A stretch of 40,286 nucleotides of DNA, taken from Actinomycetes bacterium (GTDB taxonomy: Bacteria; Actinomycetota; Actinomycetes; S36-B12; UBA10799). The DNA lies in contig JBAXOQ010000003.1 in NCBI GenBank assembly GCA_037133175.1, forward strand, positions 1-40,286. Direction: 5' to 3'. The number at the start of each line of letters is the position of its first letter. Within the stretch, counting starts at the first letter, position 1. A program made the position numbers and the translations under genes. Of the stretch, positions 28,843 to 38,192 are shown piece after piece. Under the pieces are notes generated by a model. That model did no database searches and was not told the origin of the DNA. It saw only the letters and a program-made list of their open reading frames with translations.

Positions 28843-30078
28843 CTAGCTCGCCTGGGCCACAAGTTTGTGACCACGCCACAGCAGAACCGCTGACGCAATG
28901 ATCGCTGAGACCACAGAAGCAATCAGAATGGCCAGTTTCGCGTCGGTCAGGTCGACCGGAAGTTCCTCGAAAGCGAGCTCGCTGATGAGCAAGGACACCG
29001 TGAAACCAACTCCGGCCACGAGCCCGAGTCCGACGATCTCGCCCCATTTCAGGGCGTCTGAGATTCTGGCTTTGGACACTTTCGTCACGATCCACGCTCC
29101 GCCGATCACCCCAATCGGCTTGCCGACGACGAGGGCGACGATGATGCCGATAGTCACCGGGTGGGTCAGGGCCTCGCTGATGCTTTGACCCTGCAGGTTG
29201 ACCCCGGCCGAGAACAGTGCGAACAGGGGTACGCATACTCCGGCTGAGATCGGGCCGACCCGGTGGATCAGCCGCTCAGCAGGGGAATCGTCCTCTCCTG
29301 GATCAGGCTTGACCCGGGTGAGCAGCCCGAGGCAGATGCCTGCCACCGTCGCGTGTACTCCGGAGGAATGCACCAGGATCCACGTTGCCGCCGCCAGCGG
29401 CAGATACAGGGCTGGAGTTCGGATTCGTTGGCGTTGGGCGAACCAGTACGCAGCCATTGCCAGCATCGCGCCGAGCAGCGGCAGCAAAGAGATCTTCTCG
29501 GTGTAGAAGATCGCGATCACGAAAATCGATCCCAGATCATCCACGACTGCCAGGGTCAGCAGGAACACCCGTGCTTCAGTCGGCAGATTGCGCCCGGCGA
29601 CCGCCAGCACCGCCAGCGCGAAGGCGATGTCGGTCGCCATCGGGATGCCCCAGCCGGTTGGTTCGCCCTGTTCCGAACTGACGTTGATGGCCCAGTAGAT
29701 CAATGCCGGGACGATCATCCCTCCCAGCGCAGCGACCACCGGGACGGCGGCGGTGGAGGCCCGCCGCAGGGAACCGAGCACGAGTTCGTACTTCAACTCC
29801 AGGCCGGCTACAAAGAAGAACACCGCAAGTAGGCCGTCGGCAGCCCAGGTCGAGACAGTGAGGTTCAGGTGCCATAGTTGCGGGCCGATCTGCACCGTCG
29901 ATAGCTGCTCGTAGCTCGCGCTCCACGGCGAATTCGCCCACACAACGGCCACTACCGCGGCGATCAGCAGCAGTATCCCGCCGATCGTCTCGTCGCGCAG
30001 CGCCTCGGCCAGTCGTTCCCGTTTGCCCGGGAGTTCGTCGTCGACGTCGATGGCGGCGTCGCTGGTGCTATCAGGCAC
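28843..30078 (-). CDS. nhaA: Na+/H+ antiporter NhaA
   Basis: GWGIPMATDIAFA, LAVVDDLG, SGVHAT and GVGFTVSL motifs. Confidence 0.96.
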   Translation of the reverse strand: MPDSTSDAAIDVDDELPGKRERLAEALRDETIGGILLLIAAVVAVVWANSPWSASYEQLSTVQIGPQLWHLNLTVSTWAADGLLAVFFFVAGLELKYELVLGSLRRASTAAVPVVAALGGMIVPALIYWAINVSSEQGEPTGWGIPMATDIAFALAVLAVAGRNLPTEARVFLLTLAVVDDLGSIFVIAIFYTEKISLLPLLGAMLAMAAYWFAQRQRIRTPALYLPLAAATWILVHSSGVHATVAGICLGLLTRVKPDPGEDDSPAERLIHRVGPISAGVCVPLFALFSAGVNLQGQSISEALTHPVTIGIIVALVVGKPIGVIGGAWIVTKVSKARISDALKWGEIVGLGLVAGVGFTVSLLISELAFEELPVDLTDAKLAILIASVVSAIIASAVLLWRGHKLVAQAS

Positions 30079-30096
30079 GGATGGGTCTCGCAGGCT

Positions 30097-32049
30097 CTAG
30101 TCGTCGGAGGTGCTTGTTGCGAGACCCGCTTCGATCAGTTCCATCACTTTGGGGTCGGCCAGAGTCGTGACGTCGCCCAGTGACCGGTGCTCGGCGACAT
30201 CGCGCAGGAGTCGCCGCATGATCTTGCCGGACCTGGTCTTGGGCAGCCCGGCGACGATCAGGATTTGGCGTGGCTTGGCGATGGCCCCGATCTCGGCTGC
30301 CACGTGCGAGCGCAGGTCCGAGATGGTGTTTTCGGATTCATGGGCTTTGTCACGGAGTACGACGAACGCGACGATGCCCTGACCGGTCATCTCGTCGTTG
30401 GCGCCGACGACGGCTGCCTCGGCGACGGCGGGATGAGACACCAGCGCCGACTCGACCTCGGTCGTTGAAATCCGGTGGCCGGACACGTTCATGACGTCAT
30501 CCACCCGCCCGAGCAGCCAGATCGCGCCATCCTCGTCGTAGTTGGCCCCGTCACCGGCGAAGTACACGCCGTGGAACCGTGACCAGTAGGTGTTCTTGAA
30601 CAGTTCGGGGTCGCCCCAGATGCCGCGCAGCATGGAGGGCCACGGCTGGTTCAGAACCAGGTACCCACCGTCGCCGTGCGCGACGGGGTGGCCGGAGTCG
30701 TCGACGATTTCAGCACCGATTCCCGGCAGCGGGCGCATCGCTGACCCTGGTTTGGTGGCCGTTACGCCGGGCAGCGGACTGATCATGATGGCCCCGGTCT
30801 CGGTCTGCCACCACGTGTCGACGATCGGGCACCGACCGCCGCCGATGTAGTGGCGGTACCAGATCCACGCTGAGGGGTTGATCGGTTCGCCGACGCTGCC
30901 GAGCAGCCGAAGCGAGGTCAGGTCGTACTTGCCGGGCCATTCGTGTCCCCACTTGATGACCGTCCTGATGGCGGTCGGTGCGGTGTAGAAGATGGTCACA
31001 CCGTATTTGGCGATGATCTCCCACCAGCGACCCCGGTGGGGGGTGTCCGGCGTCCCCTCGTACAGCACCTGGGTCGCGCGTTGGGCGAGCGGGCCGTAGA
31101 CGATGTAGCTGTGGCCGGTGACCCACCCGATGTCAGCGGTGCACCAGTACACATCGGTATCAGGTTTGTGATCGAAAACCGACCGGAACGTGAAGGCGAC
31201 TTGCGTCAGGTAGCCACCGGTGGTGTGCAGGATGCCTTTGGGCTTGCCGGTCGTGCCAGAGGTGTAGAGGATGAACAGTGGGTGTTCGCTGTCGAAGAAC
31301 TGTGGCTCGTGGACGTCAGGCTGGAACTCGACGACGTCCGCCCACCAGTGGTCGTGCTCGGTCCAGGCGACCTCGTTGCCGGCTCTCCGCACGACCAACA
31401 CATTCTCTACGCAGGTGGTGGCGGCCACTGCCTCGTCGACGGCGGGCTTGAGCTGCAATACCTTGCCCCGTCGGTAGCTACCGTCGGCCGTGACAACGAG
31501 TTTGGCCTGGGCATCGCCGATACGCGTGCGCAGTGCTTCGGAACTGAACCCCCCGAACACCACGGAGTGGACAGCCCCGATGCGGGCACACGCCAGCATC
31601 GAGATGACCGCTTCGGGAATCATCGGAAGGTAGATCGCCACGCGATCACCGGCCCTCACACCCAGACCGGTGAAAGCGTGGGCTGCCTTGGATACCTCGC
31701 GCAGGAGCTCGGCATAGGTAACCGTCCGGGTATCGCCCGGTTCGCCCTCGAAGTGGTACGCGACCTGGTCTCCATGACCGGCTTCGACGTGTCGGTCCAG
31801 GCAGTTGACGGACACGTTGAGCTTGCCGCCGGTGAACCAGTTGGCGAAAGGAGCGTGCGACCAGTCCAGGGTCGTGGTCCAGGGCTCAGCCCAGTCGAGG
31901 TGCTTTGCCTGCTCGTCCCAGAAATCGATGCGGTCGAGATCTGCTTCGCGGTAAAGCGAAGCAGTCGCGTTCGCCTGCTCGGCGAACTCATCCGAGGGCG
32001 GGAAGATTCGGTTTTCGTGAAGAAGATGGTCTAGGGCTCTGTCGGTCAC
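30097..32049 (-). CDS. acs: Acetate--CoA ligase
   Basis: YTSGTTGKPKG, DTWWQTETG and PKTRSGKIMRR motifs; start set at GTG 32049. Confidence 0.97.
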   Translation of the reverse strand: MTDRALDHLLHENRIFPPSDEFAEQANATASLYREADLDRIDFWDEQAKHLDWAEPWTTTLDWSHAPFANWFTGGKLNVSVNCLDRHVEAGHGDQVAYHFEGEPGDTRTVTYAELLREVSKAAHAFTGLGVRAGDRVAIYLPMIPEAVISMLACARIGAVHSVVFGGFSSEALRTRIGDAQAKLVVTADGSYRRGKVLQLKPAVDEAVAATTCVENVLVVRRAGNEVAWTEHDHWWADVVEFQPDVHEPQFFDSEHPLFILYTSGTTGKPKGILHTTGGYLTQVAFTFRSVFDHKPDTDVYWCTADIGWVTGHSYIVYGPLAQRATQVLYEGTPDTPHRGRWWEIIAKYGVTIFYTAPTAIRTVIKWGHEWPGKYDLTSLRLLGSVGEPINPSAWIWYRHYIGGGRCPIVDTWWQTETGAIMISPLPGVTATKPGSAMRPLPGIGAEIVDDSGHPVAHGDGGYLVLNQPWPSMLRGIWGDPELFKNTYWSRFHGVYFAGDGANYDEDGAIWLLGRVDDVMNVSGHRISTTEVESALVSHPAVAEAAVVGANDEMTGQGIVAFVVLRDKAHESENTISDLRSHVAAEIGAIAKPRQILIVAGLPKTRSGKIMRRLLRDVAEHRSLGDVTTLADPKVMELIEAGLATSTSDD

Positions 32050-32160
32050 CGGCCTAACGGTAACTACAATGCAGACTAAGTGCTGGCAGAACACTCAATC
32101 GGATTCCTGCCGGGATTCATGGGTTCCAGAGCCTCTGTCCGGCCCTGAGCCAGTTGAAGT

Positions 32161-33372
32161 ATGGAGTTGGTTGTGAACAAAAGGCCTCTGTGGGCGCTTC
32201 TGCTAGTCGCAGTCGCTGTCATCGTTCTGTTGATCCTTTTCATTCCCGATGGTTCGCGTACCAGCGCCAACAATCCACCGGAGTCCAGCGGACCGCCGAC
32301 CCAATCCAGTTCGGCGTCACCATCGGAGCGCCCGAAGGACTCCTCCGGGGTCACGGTGCCCGCCACCGAACAGCCAGGTGTGGACCTGCCGAATCTCGAA
32401 GCTGGGGTCAATCCTCCGCAGTTTGTCGCCGTGTCCTTCGACGGCGGGGCTGAGATGAAGTCCGGCATCATGAAGCACTACCTGGACTTGGCGCGGGACA
32501 CCGAATCAAGGTTCTCGTTCTACCTGTCGGGGGTTTACCTGCTGCCTGACAACGCGATGAAGCTCAACTACAACCCGCCGAACAAGCCGCGCGGCACTTC
32601 CGCCATCGGGTTCGCCGACCCGGACATGGTGGGGGTTCGCATCGACAGTTTGTCCCGGGCCTGGGACATGGGCATGGAGATCGGCACGCACTTCAATGGC
32701 CACTTCTGTGGCCCCGGCGGGGTTGGCACATGGCGGACCGCTGACTGGACGAGTGAGATCAACCAGTGGAACAACTTCGTCGACAACTGGCGAACCTACA
32801 ATCCACAGGCTGCTGACCACGGTCCCTTGCCGTTCAGTTCGGCCGTTGTCAAGGGTGGTCGAACGCCTTGTCTGGAGGGACAGCAGGAAGCGATGTATCC
32901 CGCCTTCAAATCGGCTGGCTATGAGTACGACGCATCCGCCACGGGCACCTTGAAGTGGCCCTCCAAGAACAAATGGGGCCTGTGGAATATCCCGCTGCAG
33001 GCGATCAGGGTGCCCGGGTTGCCCACAGGGATCCTGTCGATGGATTACAACTTCCTGGCCAATCTCAACGGTGCCAAGACCACCGCGCCGCCGGATAAGT
33101 GCAAGCAGATCGAGGATGCCAGTTACACGGCCTACACGAATGCGCTGAATGCGGTCAATGGCGGCAACCGGGCGCCGTTGATTCTCGGCAACCACATGAA
33201 CGACTGGGTGTGCGGTGCTTTCACGAACGCCTTGACCAGGTTCATTCGGGACACGCATGATCAGCATCCCGATGTCAAGTTCATTTCGATGCTCGACTTG
33301 GTGCACTGGATGGACGCTCAGGATCCGGCATTGCTGAAGACCTGGCAGGCCAAGTCAACCCAGGTGGAGTAG
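32161..33372 (+). CDS. Membrane-anchored polysaccharide deacetylase-like protein
   Basis: N-terminal TM helix and Pro/Ser linker; PPQFVAVSFDG, EIGTHFNGH, RTPCLE, SMDYN and RAPL motifs. Confidence 0.85.
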   Translation: MELVVNKRPLWALLLVAVAVIVLLILFIPDGSRTSANNPPESSGPPTQSSSASPSERPKDSSGVTVPATEQPGVDLPNLEAGVNPPQFVAVSFDGGAEMKSGIMKHYLDLARDTESRFSFYLSGVYLLPDNAMKLNYNPPNKPRGTSAIGFADPDMVGVRIDSLSRAWDMGMEIGTHFNGHFCGPGGVGTWRTADWTSEINQWNNFVDNWRTYNPQAADHGPLPFSSAVVKGGRTPCLEGQQEAMYPAFKSAGYEYDASATGTLKWPSKNKWGLWNIPLQAIRVPGLPTGILSMDYNFLANLNGAKTTAPPDKCKQIEDASYTAYTNALNAVNGGNRAPLILGNHMNDWVCGAFTNALTRFIRDTHDQHPDVKFISMLDLVHWMDAQDPALLKTWQAKSTQVE

Positions 33373-33378
33373 CAGCGC

Positions 33379-34185
33379 GTGGCGAACGGACCCCAAACAC
33401 TGCAGCCGCTGCTCGACCTACCTGGCGTCACTGAATCGGTGGCTTCGGCGCGGGAACGGGTCGATGAACTGTTGTGGGATCGGTCGCTGCGCACCAAGGG
33501 GGTGGCACTGGCCGCGGACGTGTCCCTGCAGTGTGCACGGTCGTCCGCCGCCATCGACGGGATCGACCTGGCGCTGCTGGCTTGGAGCACTGGCTCGGTG
33601 TTCGACGACTCACCGATGGGCCGTACCGCCGCCGGCATTTGGAGGATGGAGTCAGAACTGCGCGCGCTAGTGCCGGTATGGACTTCCGCACCGACGCAAG
33701 CGCTGGCCCGGATGCATTCACTGTTGGCGCTCGAAGTTGTTGCCCAAGATGAACTCGGGCGTCCGCGTACCGGACAGGACGTTGACGACACGCTGCACAT
33801 CAAGGCCGTGCCGGACGTCGGTGCAATGAACTCGCGTCTGGCCGCTTTGACCGACATTGTGGTCGCGGCACCGGTGGTGCCGGCGATTGTTGAAGCCGCC
33901 ATCGTCCACGGGGAGTTGTTGGCGCTGCGGCCGTTTCGTTCGGGCAGTGGCCCGATTGCCCGTGCCGCAATGCGGTTGGTCCTGAGTGCTCGGGGTCTGG
34001 ATCCGGATCTGCTGGTGATGACCGATGTTGCGTTCATGGCCAGCGGGCGGCCCGCTTACGTCGGTGCGATCCGGGGCTATGCAGCAGGGTCGGCCGACGG
34101 CGTGGGTCAGTGGATTCGCTTCTGCGCTCAGTCTGTTGTTGTCGGCGCGAGACTCAGCGGCGACCGCCTGGCAGAACTCGAGTGA
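33379..34185 (+). CDS. Fic-like protein with degenerate motif (Rv3662c-like)
   Basis: HGELLALRPFRSGSGPIAR; conserved synteny. Confidence 0.85.
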   Translation: MANGPQTLQPLLDLPGVTESVASARERVDELLWDRSLRTKGVALAADVSLQCARSSAAIDGIDLALLAWSTGSVFDDSPMGRTAAGIWRMESELRALVPVWTSAPTQALARMHSLLALEVVAQDELGRPRTGQDVDDTLHIKAVPDVGAMNSRLAALTDIVVAAPVVPAIVEAAIVHGELLALRPFRSGSGPIARAAMRLVLSARGLDPDLLVMTDVAFMASGRPAYVGAIRGYAAGSADGVGQWIRFCAQSVVVGARLSGDRLAELE

Positions 34186-34264
34186 CTGTTTCACTGGAAA
34201 GCCGAGACACGCCGGTCTTTTCACCCAGATTGAGCGTGTCGGGTGAATGTTGGGCACGGTCGGC

Positions 34265-34293
34265 TTCCCATCCGATTGGCTCGGGTGTAGAAA
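34265..34293 (+). promoter_or_regulatory. Putative promoter of the Ms1-like RNA
   Basis: TTCCCA-17 nt-TAGAAA. Confidence 0.45.
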
Positions 34294-34299
34294 AGAGCC

Positions 34300-34460
34300 A
34301 TAAGCGGTCGAAGGGCCGTGAACGCCGGACCAGGGACCCACGCGGCGCCTGACCCACGATGAGGGTGAAGGCCCAGTTTCGGGCTCTTTAGGACTGCACG
34401 CTTGATCGCTTGGTCCGGTGTGTCGAGGGACCCCCGCAGCAGCGGGGGTCCCTCTTCTTG
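34300..34460 (+). ncRNA. Ms1-like RNA (RNA polymerase core-binding sRNA), compact
   Basis: Lies at the Ms1 syntenic site between the Fic-like and HAD genes; ACCCACGCGG and GCACGCTTG motifs as I recall them from Ms1; closing stem 34322-34332/34411-34421; terminator follows. Ends are approximate. Confidence 0.7.
34425..34460 (+). terminator. Intrinsic terminator
   Basis: 13-bp stem GAGGGACCCCCGC-AGCA-GCGGGGGTCCCTC followed by a T-rich tail. Confidence 0.85.
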
Positions 34461-34580
34461 TCCGGTCTTCTTCTTCTTCTTGTCCGGTCTTTTTCCTTGG
34501 GCCGCCGTCGGTTGCTGGCCTTCTGGTCGCGGACCCGGTGGCCGTTGAGCCTTTGCTGGTTGTGGCTTGCTGGTTGTGGC

Positions 34581-35363
34581 TTAGTGGTTGTGGCGCAGCC
34601 GGTTTGTGGTGTACCAGGCGATTCCGAGCGCTGCTGCGCCAGCGCTGGCAGCTGCCGCGTAGGACCTGTTGTGGGTGCTTCGTGTGCGCATCGCGACCGG
34701 CTTGCGAAAGTCGAGCACGGGCCACACTCGTTCGCGCGCGAGTTCACGCAGTTCTTTGTCCGGGTTAGTCGGGAACGGGTGTCCAATGGCCTCAAGCATC
34801 GGGAGATCGGTGATCGAATCTGAGTACGCGTAGCACTCGCTGAGGTCGTATCCCTCATCTTCGGCTATGGCGCGAATGGCTTGCGCTTTGCCTGGGCCGT
34901 AGGCGTAGAAGAGAATCTCTCCGGTGTACTTGCCGTCTTCGATGGCGACCTGGGTACCTATCGCTTTGTCCGCTCCGAGCAGCGTGCAGATCGGCTCGAT
35001 TATCTCGGTCCCCGACGATGAGATCACGATGACGTCCCGGCCAGCGTGATGGTGTTCATCGAACAGCGTCAGGGCTTCGGAGTAGACGATCGGTTCGATG
35101 ACGGTGCCGAGCGCGTCGGTGACGATCTCGCGGACGTGTTCGACGTCCCAACCTTTCACCAGATCGGACAGGTAGGCGCGCATCTGCTCCATCTGTTGGT
35201 CGTCCGCTCCCGCCAGCAGGTACATGAACTGGCTGTAGGCGCTCTTGATCAGATCGCCGCGGTTCAACAGGCCTTGTTGGTACAGCGGCTTGGCGTAAGC
35301 CAAGGTGCTCGACTTGGCAAGCAGCGTCTTGTCGAGATCGAAGAAAGCGGCTGCCCTGGTCAT
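34581..35363 (-). CDS. HAD-IB family hydrolase (Rv3661-like)
   Basis: AAFFDLDKT and AYSDSITDLPML motifs, C-terminal TM helix; TAGGAT 7 nt before ATG 35363. Confidence 0.95.
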   Translation of the reverse strand: MTRAAAFFDLDKTLLAKSSTLAYAKPLYQQGLLNRGDLIKSAYSQFMYLLAGADDQQMEQMRAYLSDLVKGWDVEHVREIVTDALGTVIEPIVYSEALTLFDEHHHAGRDVIVISSSGTEIIEPICTLLGADKAIGTQVAIEDGKYTGEILFYAYGPGKAQAIRAIAEDEGYDLSECYAYSDSITDLPMLEAIGHPFPTNPDKELRELARERVWPVLDFRKPVAMRTRSTHNRSYAAAASAGAAALGIAWYTTNRLRHNH

Positions 35364-35526
35364 ACCTTCGATCCTAATTCTCCGTGGCGGTCTGCGACAG
35401 TCCATCGGCTGCGAATCCGGCCGTCCAGGCCTGTGAGTTCGGCTGTAGTCACGCTAGCGGTTTCTTCTTGGGGCTGCTTTGGTGTTTTGTTCGGGTTGCT
35501 TTGGTACTTTGTTCGGGGTGTCAGTG

Positions 35527-35555
35527 TTGCGCCAACATGGGTAGTCATGCATACT
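35527..35555 (+). promoter_or_regulatory. Putative promoter of the 6C RNA
   Basis: TTGCGC-17 nt-CATACT. Confidence 0.55.
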
Positions 35556-35561
35556 GATCTC

Positions 35562-35645
35562 GCTCGGTTTCTTACCGACCGCTCCGACGAATCCCCCCTC
35601 GTCGGACAGAAGCCCCCCGCTCCCCCCAGCGGGGGTCTTCGCTTT
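35562..35645 (+). ncRNA. 6C RNA
   Basis: Two hairpins (35583-35606 and 35609-35640), each with a CCCCCC loop, located between HAD and ssd as in other actinobacteria. Confidence 0.9.
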
Positions 35646-35683
35646 AACCGGTCCGCGTACGTCTTAACCGGGCTGCGTACATC
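35644..35683. repeat. Tandem 20-bp imperfect repeat
   Basis: TTAACCGGTCCGCGTACGTC / TTAACCGGGCTGCGTACATC (17/20 identical). Confidence 0.7.
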
Positions 35684-35689
35684 GTCACG

Positions 35690-35725
35690 ATATCCACAAT
35701 CGGCGAGGGCAAGCAGTTGTCCACA
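35690..35725 (+). promoter_or_regulatory. Pair of DnaA-box-like sites upstream of ssd
   Basis: ATATCCACA at 35690 and perfect TTGTCCACA at 35717. Confidence 0.55.
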
Positions 35726-35756
35726 GGCTCAGTCTGGGGACCATCGCCGTGAGCCG

Positions 35757-36923
35757 ATGACGGGTCAGAGTATGGGTATGAGTGCCGAAACCGCATCGCT
35801 TGCCATCGCTACCGCTGACTGGGGGGCGGGTCCCGTCGGGCCCAGACCGCTGGTCGTCACGGACGACGTCGATCTGCTGGATGATCTACTGCGACTCGTC
35901 GCCGCCGCCCGAGTCGAGGCGGACGCCGCCACGTCTCTCGCCGCAGTTCGAGCTCGCTGGTCCGGCGCGCCGCTAGTGGTCGTTGGGGCTGACACTCTCG
36001 CGCGCCTCGGCGGGGGTCACGTACCTCGACGACCCGGGGTGATTATCGCCACGCGAACTGGCGACGACCAGGGGCTGTGGAAGGACGCCGTCGAACTCGG
36101 AGCCGAGCAGGTGGTCGTGCTGCCCGAGGGCGAGTCGTGGCTGGTGGATCGGCTGGCCGGACTCACCGACGGGCTGGCGCCGGATGCCCCAGTCGTAGCA
36201 GTCATCGGCGGTCGCGGCGGTGCGGGTGCCACCACCTTCGCCGCTGCGATCGCCGTCGCGGCTGCACGGGCGGGCCACCGCGTCAGTGCCGTAGACCTCG
36301 ATCCGATGGGCTCTGGTCTCGACGTGACGTTGGGCAGCGACTGCGCGGACGGACTGCGGTGGGGGGATATCGCCAGGACGAGGGGACGGGTTCCGCCATC
36401 GCTGTTGGCAGATGGGTTGCTGTCCGTCGACGGGGTCCGAGTTCTGACTTGGTCGCCAGGACCGTGCGAGGTTCTGTGGCCCGGTGCTGCTGGCGCTGCC
36501 ATTGACGCGCTGCGGCGTGTCAGCGACGTTGTGGTCGTCGATCTGCCCAGGACGCCATCGGACTCGGTTGGCGAGGCTATCTGCCGGGCAACTCGAGTCC
36601 TGGTCGTTGTTCCCAAAGACACCCACTCGCTGTCGGCGAGTGCTCGGTTGGTGACCTCGCCGGTGTTGGTCGGTGCGGAGTTGCGGCTGGTCACCCGAGG
36701 TCCGTCTCCAGCAGGGTTGAGCGCGTCTGAGATTGCGCAGGTGCTCTGTATTCCGGTGTTGGCTGACATTCGCTAGGAGCAGTCGCTGGGTCGCAACCTG
36801 GAGATGGGGTTGGCCCCGGGGGATGGCCGACGCAGTCCGCTGAGCAGGGCAGGCCGAATGGTGCTAGCTGAGTTAGGGGTCGGATCCGGTGGCGTAACTG
36901 GTGATCGTGGGCGGGCCGCATGA
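35757..36923 (+). pseudogene. ssd: Septum site-determining protein Ssd (CpaE/TadZ-like) with in-frame TAG at 36774-36776
   Basis: Receiver-like N-terminus and deviant P-loop GGRGGAGATT; the frame continues 48 Ssd-like codons past the TAG to a TGA overlapping the tadA ATG. Start 35757-35778. Confidence 0.8.
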
Positions 36924-38191
36924 GGAAGTTGCTGCAATCACAAGTGCTCGAAGGGGCTGATGGCCACGTGCTGGTGCCCGAGGGCCTCGTCGACCGGGTC
37001 AGGGACCGGCTCGCCGCCAACGGTTGGGCGGCGACCCCCTCGAAGGTCGCTGAGGCGCTGCTCGCTGAGGGAGCGATTCTCGGTGACGCAGCGGTTCTCG
37101 ACGTGGTGGCTGGGCTCAGGTCGGAGTTGGCCGGCGCGGGTCCCTTGGAAGCACTGCTGCGGGAGCCCGATGTTACCGACGTGCTGGTCAATGGGCCCGA
37201 CTCCGTGTGGGTCGACCGTGGATCGGGGCCAACCCTTGAGCCCGTCAGATTCCGGGATGAGGCCGCGGTCCGTCGCTTGGCCCAGCGTTTGGCTGCCAGC
37301 GCGGGACGGCGACTCGACGATGCGACCCCCTACGTTGATGCTCGAATGCCGGACGGGACCCGGCTGCACGCCATATTGCCGCCGGTTGCGCCAAGGGGCA
37401 CCTGCGTGTCGCTGCGGATTCCGAGGCGACGTGTCTTCACTCTGTCTGACCTTGTCGACCTTGGGACAGTCCCGGCGGAGGGCTCGAGGTGGTTGTTTGC
37501 GCTGGTCCGGTCGCGGTGCGCTTTCCTCATCAGCGGGGGCACTGGAAGTGGGAAAACTACGCTGCTAAGTGCGTTGCTGTCGGTCTGCGACGCCGGCGAG
37601 CGGATGCTTCTGGTGGAGGATTCTGGGGAGCTTGAGCCCGCCCACCCACACGTGGTTCGTCTGGAGGGGCGTCCGGCGAACGTCGAGGGCCACGGACAGG
37701 TCACGATGCGCGACCTGGTTCGGCAGGCGTTGCGGATGCGGCCGGATCGGTTGGTCGTCGGAGAGGTCCGAGGCGCGGAGGTCGTTGATTTGCTGGCCGC
37801 CCTGAACACAGGTCACGAAGGGGGTTGCGGAACGGTTCACGCTAACTCAGCCACAGATGTCCCGGCCCGGCTTGAGGCGCTGGCGTTGGCGGCCGGTCTG
37901 GGCAGGGAGGCGCTGCATGCCCAAGTTGCGGCCGGTCTTGACGCAGTCGTTCACATTGAGCGAGATCGGGCGGGAATTCGCAGAGTCTCAGGCATCCACA
38001 TACTGCGACGCGGCAGTGACGCCATGGTCTCGAGTATGCAGGCGGTCTCGTTCGGTGATGGCACCGTTCAATACGGCGCGGCGGCTCCCGAACTCGCGCG
38101 TCGTTTGGATTTGCCGCTGTCGGTGGGCGAGCTGTCAGATGGCGACCGCGACGATGGCGACGGGTGCGCACCGGTCGGTGAAGAGGCCTGA
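36920..38191 (+). CDS. tadA: TadA/CpaF pilus assembly ATPase
   Basis: GGTGSGKTT, ALRMRPDRLVVGEVRG and NTGHEG motifs. Confidence 0.96.
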   Translation: MRKLLQSQVLEGADGHVLVPEGLVDRVRDRLAANGWAATPSKVAEALLAEGAILGDAAVLDVVAGLRSELAGAGPLEALLREPDVTDVLVNGPDSVWVDRGSGPTLEPVRFRDEAAVRRLAQRLAASAGRRLDDATPYVDARMPDGTRLHAILPPVAPRGTCVSLRIPRRRVFTLSDLVDLGTVPAEGSRWLFALVRSRCAFLISGGTGSGKTTLLSALLSVCDAGERMLLVEDSGELEPAHPHVVRLEGRPANVEGHGQVTMRDLVRQALRMRPDRLVVGEVRGAEVVDLLAALNTGHEGGCGTVHANSATDVPARLEALALAAGLGREALHAQVAAGLDAVVHIERDRAGIRRVSGIHILRRGSDAMVSSMQAVSFGDGTVQYGAAAPELARRLDLPLSVGELSDGDRDDGDGCAPVGEEA

Positions 38192-38192
38192 G

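Noticed and set aside
33379-34185. Active Fic toxin
   Set aside because: The HPFxxGNGR motif is degenerate (RPFRSGSGP) and no antitoxin is apparent.
35046-35756. Long N-terminal extension of Ssd (576-aa ORF)
   Set aside because: It overlaps HAD in antisense and the 6C RNA; a chance open frame in GC-rich DNA.
35729-35760. sigma28 promoter for ssd (GCCGATGA)
   Set aside because: No -35 element at the correct spacing, and the box overlaps a candidate start codon.
36774-36776. Genome-wide TAG recoding or pyrrolysine
   Set aside because: TAG ends many core genes here at their expected lengths (yqeY, ponA, marP, nhaA, acs).
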